From assembly GCA_040003795.1 (NCBI GenBank), contig JBDUBV010000002.1:1-42868 (forward strand): a DNA stretch of 42,868 nucleotides, given 5' to 3'. A model generated the notes under the pieces. It did no database searches. It saw only the letters and a list, made by a program, of their open reading frames with translations, and was not told the origin of the DNA. Positions 20,184-28,306 of this stretch are shown here, piece after piece. A program made the position numbers and the translations under genes. The stretch's first letter is position 1, and each line of letters opens with the position of its first letter. The stretch is from Pseudonocardiales bacterium (GTDB lineage: Bacteria; Actinomycetota; Actinomycetes; Mycobacteriales; QHCA01).

Positions 20184-21098
20184 TCAGCGCAGGGTGTAGC
20201 CGGCAAACAGCAGGTAGCCGGCGACGAGCAGGACACCGGCCAGGCGCGAGAGCCGGCCGTGCCGTAGCGCGAGGACCACCACCACGAGCGGCAGGACGGC
20301 GGCGGCGATGGCCGCCCGGATGATGTGCACGCCGGCCAGCGGCCGCACTAGCGCTGCAACGCCCAGGGTTGCGGTGGCGTTGTAGGCCGCCGACCCCACC
20401 ACACCGGCAACCGCGATCTCGGTAGCCCCACGCCGGGCCGCGACCACGACCAGGGCGAACAACTCGGCAGTGGTCGCCAGGGCGAGCAGCGTCAGCCCGA
20501 TGCTGTCGTCACTGCGGCCCAGAGCCTCGACCACCCTGGTCGCACCGGCAACCGCCACGACACCCCCGCCGGCCATCAGGACCAGCCCCGCCAGCAGCCC
20601 GGGAAGGCCGTAGCCGGTCTCCTCCTCGTCGATCTCGGCCAGCTCGCCGATCGCCGGCGGCGCCTTCTCGATCCGCCAGACGAGGGCGACCCCCACGACG
20701 TACGCGGCCAGCAGCCCGGCACCCTCCAGACCCGAGACATGCCCGTCGAGGAGGGCGAGGACGGCGAGGCCGCCGCCGGCCGCTGCCCCGATGGCGTACC
20801 GGCGGACCCGGCGGCCCACCGGCAGCCCGGCGACGACGGCGGCCAAACCGAGGGTGAGGGTGAGCATCGTGACGTTGGCACCGATCGCGTCACCGGCGGC
20901 CAGGCCGGGATGGCCGCGGCCGGAGGCGTACGCCGCGGTGATGAGCTCCTCCGGCTCGGCGCCGGCCAGCAGCAGGCCCACCGCGACGACGGTGAGCCCC
21001 AGCCGCCGCGCCGCCCCACCCATCGACTCCACGAAGAGCTCGGCGCCGGCGATGAGCAGCATCGCCGATCCGGCCAGCAGCAGCAGCCCGATCAGCAC
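20184..21098 (-). CDS. Sodium/calcium exchanger (CaCA) family membrane protein
   Basis: 304 aa, about 10 TM helices. Two internally repeated halves, each with an alpha-repeat-like GAEPEEL / ATTAELF segment. Confidence 0.8.
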   Translation of the reverse strand: MLIGLLLLAGSAMLLIAGAELFVESMGGAARRLGLTVVAVGLLLAGAEPEELITAAYASGRGHPGLAAGDAIGANVTMLTLTLGLAAVVAGLPVGRRVRRYAIGAAAGGGLAVLALLDGHVSGLEGAGLLAAYVVGVALVWRIEKAPPAIGELAEIDEEETGYGLPGLLAGLVLMAGGGVVAVAGATRVVEALGRSDDSIGLTLLALATTAELFALVVVAARRGATEIAVAGVVGSAAYNATATLGVAALVRPLAGVHIIRAAIAAAVLPLVVVVLALRHGRLSRLAGVLLVAGYLLFAGYTLR

Positions 21099-22132
21099 CG
21101 GATCACGTCGACCGCCATCGCTGAGTCAGCCGGCAGGCCCAGGGCCGAGGGTGCCGCCCCGCCCGCGACCAGTAGGGAACCCAGCGCCGCCACCATGGCA
21201 CCGTTGTCGGTGCACAGGCCCGGACGGGGCACCCGCAAGCGCACGCCAGCTGTGGTGCAGCGCGACTCGGCGAGTGCGCGCAGCCGGGAGTTGGCGGCAA
21301 CGCCACCGCCGAGCAGCAGGTCGCCCACCCCTGTCTCCTGGCAGGCGCGGATCGCCTTGGCGGTGAGGACGTCGACCACGGCCTCTTGGAAGGAGGCGGC
21401 GACGTCAGACACAGGAACCGGATCGCCGGCTCGCTGCCGGAACTCCACCCACCGGGCCACGGCAGTCTTGAGCCCGGAGAAGGAGAAGTCGTAGAGGGAG
21501 TCCCGCGGCCCCGTCAGTGCCCGCGGGAAGGCCACCGCGGCGGGGTCACCGTCGCCGGCCAGCCGGTCGATGTGGGGGCCGCCCGGGAACGGCAGTCCGA
21601 GGACGCGGGCCACCTTGTCGAATGCCTCCCCTGCGGCGTCGTCGAGGGTGGCGCCCAGCGGGATGATCGCCTCGGTGACCGACTCCACCATCAGCAAGCA
21701 GGAGTGGCCGCCCGAGACCAGCAGGGCGATGCATGGCTCCGGCAGCGGTCCGTGCTGCAGGGTGTCGACGGCGATGTGGGCGGCGAGGTGGTTGACGCCG
21801 TACAACGGCTTGTCCAGGGCCAGCGCGTAGGCCTTGGCAGCGGCGACCCCCACCAGCAGGGCACCGGCCAGCCCGGGGCCGGCCGTGACCGCGACGGCGT
21901 CGATGTCGCCGAGCCGCACCCCCGCCGTGTCCAGTGCACGTCGCACCGTCGGGACCATCGCCTCCAGGTGCGCGCGCGAAGCCACCTCGGGCACGACACC
22001 GCCGTACCGTGCATGGCTGTCCACACTGGAGGCCACGGCGTCGGCGAGCAGCGCCGAGCCGTGCACGATGCCCACCCCGGTCTCGTCGCACGAGGTCTCG
22101 ATGCCGAGTACGAGCGGGTGCTCAGCCGTCAC
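21092..22132 (-). CDS. tsaD: tRNA N6-adenosine threonylcarbamoyltransferase
   Basis: [23 protein letters not shown]...; HLEAH-type metal site region. Synteny with rimI-tsaB-tsaE. Confidence 0.95.
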   Translation of the reverse strand: MTAEHPLVLGIETSCDETGVGIVHGSALLADAVASSVDSHARYGGVVPEVASRAHLEAMVPTVRRALDTAGVRLGDIDAVAVTAGPGLAGALLVGVAAAKAYALALDKPLYGVNHLAAHIAVDTLQHGPLPEPCIALLVSGGHSCLLMVESVTEAIIPLGATLDDAAGEAFDKVARVLGLPFPGGPHIDRLAGDGDPAAVAFPRALTGPRDSLYDFSFSGLKTAVARWVEFRQRAGDPVPVSDVAASFQEAVVDVLTAKAIRACQETGVGDLLLGGGVAANSRLRALAESRCTTAGVRLRVPRPGLCTDNGAMVAALGSLLVAGGAAPSALGLPADSAMAVDVIRC

Positions 22133-22568
22133 GGACCATCACCACCGCGTTGGCGCCACTGGGCTGGTAGTAGCCACGCCGCAGGCCGGCCGGCTCGAAG
22201 CCGTGCCGGGCGTAGAGCCGCTGGGCGGCCACGTTGTCGGAGCGCACCTCCAGGCTGACCGTGGTCACCCGCCGCCGCTGGGACTCCGCCAACAGCGCCG
22301 CCAGCAGGTCGCGCCCGATGCCGCCCCCCTGCCGGTCCCTGCGTACGGCGAGGGTCTGGACGTAGGCCTGCGCGCCGTACGTGCAGAGCCCGCCGTAGCC
22401 GAGCACGCTGTCGGCGCCGTCGAGCGCCACCAGGTAGTGCCGGGACTCGTGTTCTGCCAACTCCTGCCAGAACATCGCCGCGCTCCAGTGGTCGGCGCCG
22501 AACAGGTCGTGCTCCAGGAGGAACACCTCATCGAGATACCACCATCGCATCCGGGACAGCCGGCTCAT
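22122..22568 (-). CDS. rimI: Ribosomal-protein-alanine N-acetyltransferase (GNAT)
   Basis: 148 aa. GNAT motif [15 protein letters not shown]. Located between tsaB and tsaD. Confidence 0.9.
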   Translation of the reverse strand: MSRLSRMRWWYLDEVFLLEHDLFGADHWSAAMFWQELAEHESRHYLVALDGADSVLGYGGLCTYGAQAYVQTLAVRRDRQGGGIGRDLLAALLAESQRRRVTTVSLEVRSDNVAAQRLYARHGFEPAGLRRGYYQPSGANAVVMVRDG

Positions 22569-23236
22569 CGGCGCAGGGTGGTCTTGGCCGCCCCTGGCTC
22601 GGTAGCGTCGGGCCGGCGGAGATACAGCGGGCTGAGTGCCTCCGACGGCGCTCCCGCCTGCAGCCGGCTAGCGGCCAGCGCGACGAGTGCCACGGCGGGT
22701 GGGTAAGTCGGCTCCCCGACCGGCAGGCGCAAGACCTCGGCGTAGATCAGGGCGCCGGCCCCTCGCGCCAGCCGGCAGCCGTCGGTGGGCACCTCGGCGG
22801 GCCGGTCGACCGAGGGCTTGGTGAGCCGGTGGCCGCCCGGACCGTAGGTTGCCCAGTAGACCTCCCGGCGCCGGGCGTCGGTGGCCACCAGCAGCGGGCT
22901 GGGTGCCTCCCATGGCGGGTAGGCGACGGCGTCGAGCGAGCAGACACCGTAGGTGGGCAGACCGATGGCGTCGGCGAACGTCGCGGCGGTGACCAGGCCG
23001 ACCCGCAGGCCGGTGAACGGGCCCGGCCCCACCCCGGCGACCACCGCGGACAACTGTCCCAGGCCGGCGCCCGCCTCGGCGAGCACGGCCTCGATGGACG
23101 GTGCGAGCAGCTCGCCGTGCCGCCGGGCGTCGACGGTCACGCATTCGGCGAGCACCTCCGGACCCCCGGTGACACCGAGCTCGACCACCGCCGCGGTGAC
23201 CGCGGGGGTGGCGGTGTCGAGGGCCAGCACAAGCAC
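22565..23236 (-). CDS. tsaB: tRNA t6A biosynthesis protein TsaB
   Basis: MLVLALDTATPAVTAAVVEL...; 223 aa. 4-nt overlap with rimI. Confidence 0.9.
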   Translation of the reverse strand: MLVLALDTATPAVTAAVVELGVTGGPEVLAECVTVDARRHGELLAPSIEAVLAEAGAGLGQLSAVVAGVGPGPFTGLRVGLVTAATFADAIGLPTYGVCSLDAVAYPPWEAPSPLLVATDARRREVYWATYGPGGHRLTKPSVDRPAEVPTDGCRLARGAGALIYAEVLRLPVGEPTYPPAVALVALAASRLQAGAPSEALSPLYLRRPDATEPGAAKTTLRR

Positions 23237-23272
23237 AGCGCAGAGCGTAATCGCGGCCCCCGGCGGCCTGGG

Positions 23273-23725
23273 TCAGCCACCCGCCAGTTCGGCTACCCGG
23301 TGCGCCCAGCGGCCGCCCACCGCCAGCACCTCGGCCACCCGGGACTCGTCGACGGCCGCACGCTGCAGCCTGATCTCCAGGTGGGCCGGCGCCAGCCGCT
23401 CGACCAGTCCGGCACCCCACTCCACGACGGTGACCGAGTCCGACACCACTGCATCGAGGTCGAGGTCGTCGACCTCGGCGAGGCCGCCGAGCCGGTAAGC
23501 ATCGACGTGCACCATCGGCAGCCGCCCGCCGCGGTGCACGCGCGCGATCACGAAGGTCGGCGAAGTGATCGGCTCGGCAACGCCCAGACCGGCGCCGATC
23601 CCCTGGGCCAGCACCGTCTTGCCCGCACCCAGCGGGCCGGTGAGCAGCACCAGGTCGCCGGGCTTCAGCAACGCCGCCAGCCGCCGGCCTAAGGCGCGGG
23701 TGTCCTCGGCGGTCGGCAGGATCAC
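23273..23725 (-). CDS. tsaE: tRNA t6A biosynthesis ATPase TsaE
   Basis: GTG at 23725 begins VILPTAEDTRALGRRLA... P-loop GPLGAGKT, then SPTF and HVDAYRL. Only the C-terminal 150 aa of the 324-aa track ORF are real. Confidence 0.9.
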   Translation of the reverse strand: MILPTAEDTRALGRRLAALLKPGDLVLLTGPLGAGKTVLAQGIGAGLGVAEPITSPTFVIARVHRGGRLPMVHVDAYRLGGLAEVDDLDLDAVVSDSVTVVEWGAGLVERLAPAHLEIRLQRAAVDESRVAEVLAVGGRWAHRVAELAGG

Positions 23726-24288
23726 CCGGCCGCCAGCAGCCCGGCAGCCAGCCCCAGGTCGGCCCGCAATGCCGCCAGGGGTGCGCCGGCCGGGCCGAAC
23801 CGCAAGGCCGCCGAAGGGTGATAGGTGGGCAGGACCTGCCACCCGTCGACGAGGTGCAGCCGGCCGCGCACCGCCCCCAGCGTGATCCGGCGGCCGAGGA
23901 ACCAGCGGGCGGCCGACAGGCCGAGGGCGACGGTCACCTCCGGCCGCACTATGTCGAGTTGCTGCTCGAGCCAGGGCCGGCAGTTGGCAACCTCGGCCGG
24001 CCGCGGCGTGCGGTTGCCCGGCGGCCGGCACTTGAGGACGTTGAGCACGGCCACGCCGGACCTCGGCACGCCGACTTCGGCCAGCAGGGTGTCCAGGAGA
24101 GCGCCGGCCCGGCCGACGAAGGGCCTTCCGAGCGCGTCCTCCTGGGCACCGGGGGCCTCCCCGACCAGGGCCAGCCGGGCCCCCGGCGATGCCTCCCCGA
24201 CAACCACCGTCGTCCGGCTGGCGGCGAGCTCGAGGCACCGCGTGCACGCCCGCATGGTGTCGGCCAGGGCCGGCCAGGGGGCACTCAC
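23722..24288 (-). CDS. Family-4 uracil-DNA glycosylase (Fe-S type)
   Basis: CTRC...GEAPGAQED...LKCRPPGNR...ANCRPW...HPSAALR. These are motif A, four Cys residues and the HPS motif B. Its stop overlaps the tsaE start by 4 nt. Confidence 0.85.
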   Translation of the reverse strand: MSAPWPALADTMRACTRCLELAASRTTVVVGEASPGARLALVGEAPGAQEDALGRPFVGRAGALLDTLLAEVGVPRSGVAVLNVLKCRPPGNRTPRPAEVANCRPWLEQQLDIVRPEVTVALGLSAARWFLGRRITLGAVRGRLHLVDGWQVLPTYHPSAALRFGPAGAPLAALRADLGLAAGLLAAG

Positions 24289-25358
24289 CGCCCGGGCACC
24301 GACGCAGCGGCCCGCACCAGGAAGTCGCTCAGGTGGGAGTTGACCTCCTCGGCGTGATCCATCAGGGCCAGATGGGCCCCCCCTGCGATCTCGACGAATT
24401 CAGCGCCGGGCATCGCTTCGGCCAGCCGCCGGGTGTGTCCGATCGGGGTCATCAGGTCCTTGTCACCGCCGATCAGGATCGTCTCGATACCGTCAAAGAC
24501 GCGCAGCGCGGCATAGCGCTTGTGGTCGGACAGGGTGGCCAGGAAGCCGGCGACGGTCTCCATAGGAGTGCCGGAGTTCATCTGCTCGACGTAGCCCACC
24601 AGCGCCGGGCTGGCCTTGCGAGTGCCGAACGCCCAGCGGCGGGTGGCCAGCCAGACCACGTCGCTGCCGGCCCGCCGCGCCTTCTCGAGCAGGCCGGCGC
24701 GGGTGCGCAGGCCGTTGGCCAGCGCCGGCATCAGCGGCTTGCGGATGGCGTTGGCCAGCCTCGGCATGCCGAAGGACACCGTGTCGAGGTCACCGCCGGA
24801 GGAAGAGATCAGAGCCACGCCCACGACCCGCTCGGCGAACAGCGACGGGCGCTGCTCGGCCAGGGCCATCACGCTCATGCCACCCATCGAGTGTCCGCAC
24901 AGCACGAGCGGCCCGACCGGTGCGACGGCGTCGATCACCGCCTCGAGGTCGCGGCCGAGTTGCTCGATCGTGTAGCGCTGCGGCTTGCCACGACCCGACC
25001 GGCCGTGACCGCGCTGGTCGTAGAACACCAGCCGCAGGCGGGGATGCCGCAGGCCGGCCAGCCCGCGCCGCTGGAAGTGCCACGTGCCCATGTCCAGGCA
25101 GTAGCCGTGCACGAAGATCACCGAGAGCTCGGCCTTCCCCCGGCCCACCACCTCCACGTGCAGGTCCACGCGGTCGCTCGTCCGGACGGTCATCTCCTCG
25201 TCGGCCACGAGCAGCCCGAACGGCTCGTCACCGGCCGGATCGGCGGCCAGGCGGGCCCGGCCGACGGCGATCCGCTCGGCCGCCAGGCCCACCGCCACCC
25301 CCGTCGCCGCCAGGCCCATGACCGCACCTATCACCCCGGCTCGCTGCCGCCGGCTCAC
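24285..25358 (-). CDS. Alpha/beta hydrolase with N-terminal membrane anchor
   Basis: 357 aa. N-terminal TM AGVIGAVMGLAATGVAVGLAA, an HGY oxyanion region and the nucleophile elbow GHSMGG. 4-nt overlaps on both sides. Confidence 0.8.
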   Translation of the reverse strand: MSRRQRAGVIGAVMGLAATGVAVGLAAERIAVGRARLAADPAGDEPFGLLVADEEMTVRTSDRVDLHVEVVGRGKAELSVIFVHGYCLDMGTWHFQRRGLAGLRHPRLRLVFYDQRGHGRSGRGKPQRYTIEQLGRDLEAVIDAVAPVGPLVLCGHSMGGMSVMALAEQRPSLFAERVVGVALISSSGGDLDTVSFGMPRLANAIRKPLMPALANGLRTRAGLLEKARRAGSDVVWLATRRWAFGTRKASPALVGYVEQMNSGTPMETVAGFLATLSDHKRYAALRVFDGIETILIGGDKDLMTPIGHTRRLAEAMPGAEFVEIAGGAHLALMDHAEEVNSHLSDFLVRAAASVPGR

Positions 25359-26476
25359 CCGCCCGCTCCGGAGTAGGTGCGCGGCACCCGGGGCCCGATC
25401 CGCGTGACGATCTCGTAGGAGATGGTGCTCAGCACGTCGGCCCAGTCGTAGGCCGTGGGCTCGCCCTGATCACCCGGCCCGAACAGCACCACCTCGTCGC
25501 CCGCGGCGACCGGGTCCGCACCCACGTCTACCACGAACTGGTCCATGCACACGGTGCCACTGATCCTCCGGCGGCGGCCGGCCAGCCACACCTCGGCGAC
25601 GTTGGTGGCGGCCCGGGGCACGCCGTCGGCGTACCCGAGCGGGACCAGGGCCAAGCGTGACGAACCGGCCGTAGTGTAGCGGTGGCTGTACGACACGCCG
25701 CTGCCGGCCGCGACTTCCTTGGCCAGGGCGACCCGGGCCCGCAGGGTCATGGCGGGGCGCAGGCCGTAGGTCGACACCTGCGGCACCGGCGAGAGCCCGT
25801 AGACGGCGATGCCGGGCCGGACCAGGTCGAAATGGGCGGCGGGCAGGGTGAGCGTGGCGGCGGAGTTGGCCAGGTGGCGCACCTGCGGCGCCAGACCGTG
25901 GCGCTCGGCCAGCGAGGCGGCCGCGCGGAACACCTCGACCTGGGCGGCGATGGTCGGGTGGCCGGGATTGTCGGCGTAGGCGAAGTGACTCCACACGCCC
26001 ACGACCGTCACCTCGCCGGAGGCCTCGGCCTTGGCAGCGGCCGTGACGAGATCGGGCCAGTCGGCCGTCGTCGCCCCATTGCGCGACAGCCCGGTGTCGA
26101 CCTTGAGGTGCACGCGGGCCGGCCGGCCGGCAGCGCGGGCCGCGGCCACCGTCTCCTCGACCGACCACAGTGCGGACACCGACAGGTCGACGCCAGCCGC
26201 GACGGCCCGGTGCAGGGGCTCGCCCGGCACGTTGAGCCAGGACAGCACGGGGGCGGTGATCCCGGCGGCCCGCAGGGCCAGGGCTTCCTCGAGCATGCAG
26301 ACGCCCAACCAGGTAGCGCCGCCGGCCAGCGCCGCCCGGGCCGAGGGCAGCAGCCCGTGGCCGTAGCCGTCGGCCTTGACCACCGCCATGAGCTCAGCCG
26401 TGGGCGCCCCCTCGTGCAACCGCGCGACGTTGTCGGAGATGGCGGCAAGATCGATCGCCGCCTCTGCCCGGAGCAT
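25355..26476 (-). CDS. alr: Alanine racemase
   Basis: PLP-lysine motif AVVKADGYGHG; 373 aa; canonical position upstream of tsaE. Confidence 0.95.
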   Translation of the reverse strand: MLRAEAAIDLAAISDNVARLHEGAPTAELMAVVKADGYGHGLLPSARAALAGGATWLGVCMLEEALALRAAGITAPVLSWLNVPGEPLHRAVAAGVDLSVSALWSVEETVAAARAAGRPARVHLKVDTGLSRNGATTADWPDLVTAAAKAEASGEVTVVGVWSHFAYADNPGHPTIAAQVEVFRAAASLAERHGLAPQVRHLANSAATLTLPAAHFDLVRPGIAVYGLSPVPQVSTYGLRPAMTLRARVALAKEVAAGSGVSYSHRYTTAGSSRLALVPLGYADGVPRAATNVAEVWLAGRRRRISGTVCMDQFVVDVGADPVAAGDEVVLFGPGDQGEPTAYDWADVLSTISYEIVTRIGPRVPRTYSGAGG

Positions 26477-26494
26477 GGCGCCAGTCTCTCAGGG

Positions 26495-27922
26495 TCAGGC
26501 CAGGACGGCGCGGGCTGCCTCGGGCAGGGCGTTGAGTACGTCGACCGCGCTGATCGGGCCGCCGGCGCTGGCCAGCCGGCCGGCCAGCCCGTGCAGGAAG
26601 GTGGCGGCGGTGGCAGACCGGAGCGCCGGGACGCCAGCGGCCAGCAGCGAGCCGGCCAGGCCGGACAGCACGTCGCCGCTGCCGGCCGTGGCCAGCCAGG
26701 GGGTGCCCGAGGCGTCGACGCTCACCTGACCGTCCGGCGAGGCGATCACTGTGGCTTCGCCCTTGAGCAGCACGGTGGCACCCAGGGTGGCTGCCGCGCG
26801 GCGGACTGCACCGATCCGGTCCTCCCCCACCTCGCCGGCCAGCCGCTCGAATTCCCGCTCGTGCGGGGTGAGCAGCGTCTCGGCGCTGCGGCCGGCGAGC
26901 CACTCGGGATGCCGGGCCAGGATGGTGAGCCCGTCGGCGTCAACGAGCACCGGCACGTCGGCGGCCAGAGCCTCCCCCACCGCGCGGTCGGCCCGGTCGT
27001 CGGTGCCGAGCCCCGGGCCGACCACCCAGGCCTGCACCCGGCCGGCAGCACCGGGACCGCCCTCGCTCACGACCACCTCGGGCCACCGGGCCCTGATGGC
27101 GTCGGCGGCCTGCCCGGTGTAGCGCACCATGCCGGCGAAGCCCCGCACCGCCGCACCGACGGAGAGCACGGCGGCCCCGCCGTACTCCGCAGAACCGGAG
27201 GCGACCCCCACCACACCGCGGGCGTACTTGTCGTCGAGCGGCCCGGGCACCGGCAGCCAGCCGGCGACATCGACGCGGTCGGGCACGTAGATGCGCGGCT
27301 CGGGGAGATGGGGACGCAGGCCGATGTCCACCACGTCGACGACGCCGGCGTGCTCGCGGCCGGGGTCGACGAGCAAGCCCGGCTTGAGGCAGCCGAACGT
27401 GACGGTGAGGTCGGCCGCGAAGGCCGTACCAGCCACCGTGCCGGTGTCGGCGTCGACGCCACTCGGCAGGTCGACGGCGACGCAGATCGCGTCCGACGCC
27501 GCCGCAGCCTCGACCAGGCGCCCGGGATCCGGCCGCAGCCCCCCACGCCCACCGAGCCCCAGAATGCCGTCCACGATCAGGTCGGCGCCGGTCAGGTGTG
27601 CCGGGTGGGCGCTGCGGATGTTGCCGCCGGCGGCCTGTAGCGCCGAGAGGCCGCCGGCATGTGCCCGCTCGGGGGCCAGCAGGAGCGCGTCGACCCTGGC
27701 CCCACGCCGGGCCAGCCGGGCGCCGGTGTACAGCGCGTCGCCGCCGTTGTTGCCGGCCCCGACCAGCAGGACGACCCGGGCCCCGTAGGTCGTGCCCAGC
27801 ACCTGCGCGCAGCGGGCGGCCAATCCGGCCGCGGCGCGCGCCATCAGGGCGCCCTCAGGTGCGTCCCGCATCGCGACAGCCTCGGCGGAGCGGACCTGCT
27901 CGACCGGCCAGGCGCCCCTCAT
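26495..27922 (-). CDS. nnr: Bifunctional NAD(P)H-hydrate repair enzyme (epimerase/dehydratase)
   Basis: N-terminal YjeF_N region (LVGAGNNGGDAL) and a C-terminal carbohydrate-kinase-like dehydratase (ATAGSGDVLSG). 475 aa. Confidence 0.9.
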   Translation of the reverse strand: MRGAWPVEQVRSAEAVAMRDAPEGALMARAAAGLAARCAQVLGTTYGARVVLLVGAGNNGGDALYTGARLARRGARVDALLLAPERAHAGGLSALQAAGGNIRSAHPAHLTGADLIVDGILGLGGRGGLRPDPGRLVEAAAASDAICVAVDLPSGVDADTGTVAGTAFAADLTVTFGCLKPGLLVDPGREHAGVVDVVDIGLRPHLPEPRIYVPDRVDVAGWLPVPGPLDDKYARGVVGVASGSAEYGGAAVLSVGAAVRGFAGMVRYTGQAADAIRARWPEVVVSEGGPGAAGRVQAWVVGPGLGTDDRADRAVGEALAADVPVLVDADGLTILARHPEWLAGRSAETLLTPHEREFERLAGEVGEDRIGAVRRAAATLGATVLLKGEATVIASPDGQVSVDASGTPWLATAGSGDVLSGLAGSLLAAGVPALRSATAATFLHGLAGRLASAGGPISAVDVLNALPEAARAVLA

Positions 27923-27943
27923 GCCCCGGTGGGCGTGCGCCGC

Positions 27944-28306
27944 TCAGACACCGGACTGGCCGGGCGCTCGGCTCGCCGGCTGGAACTCCATGTCAAAGGG
28001 GATCGTCGTCCCGGGAGCGAGCGAGACGGGCTCGGAGTAGACCTCACGCCCATCACTGATCTCATCGTCGAGCATGTCCAGCGTCTCGATGTTCACGAGT
28101 CGCCAGCGCACCTCTTCGTCGGTGTTGCTCGTGTAGGTACGCTCCATGCTCAGCCCGATCTCCACAGCACGCGCCTTGGCGGCCGGAAAGTCCTCAGCGC
28201 GGAAAAGGATCACACTGCGCGACATCTGGTCGCCGCCCGCCCCCTGCACGAGAATCATGAAGCGCAGCATGGCGCTGAACCAGACCGCGCTCACTTGGAC
28301 TTCCAT
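27944..28306 (-). CDS. DUF4288-like small acidic protein; candidate immunity protein
   Basis: 120 aa (VWFSAMLRFMILVQG...SVILFRAEDFPAAKARAVEIG...VRWRLVNIETLDMLDDEISDGREVYS). This resembles the DUF4288 pattern as I remember it. The ATG at 28306, or a GTG at 28294 forming GTGA, overlaps the end of the upstream toxin-like gene. Confidence 0.65.
   Translation of the reverse strand: MEVQVSAVWFSAMLRFMILVQGAGGDQMSRSVILFRAEDFPAAKARAVEIGLSMERTYTSNTDEEVRWRLVNIETLDMLDDEISDGREVYSEPVSLAPGTTIPFDMEFQPASRAPGQSGV

Noticed and set aside
23273-24247. 324-aa ORF as an extended TsaE
   Set aside because: The N-terminal 170 aa are Arg/Pro/Gly junk lying out of frame over the UDG gene, which has clear motifs. TsaE begins at the GTG at 23725.
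25682-27640. 652-aa plus-strand ORF
   Set aside because: It is antisense to alr and nnr, both of which have unmistakable catalytic motifs. The composition is low-complexity Gly/Arg/Ala.
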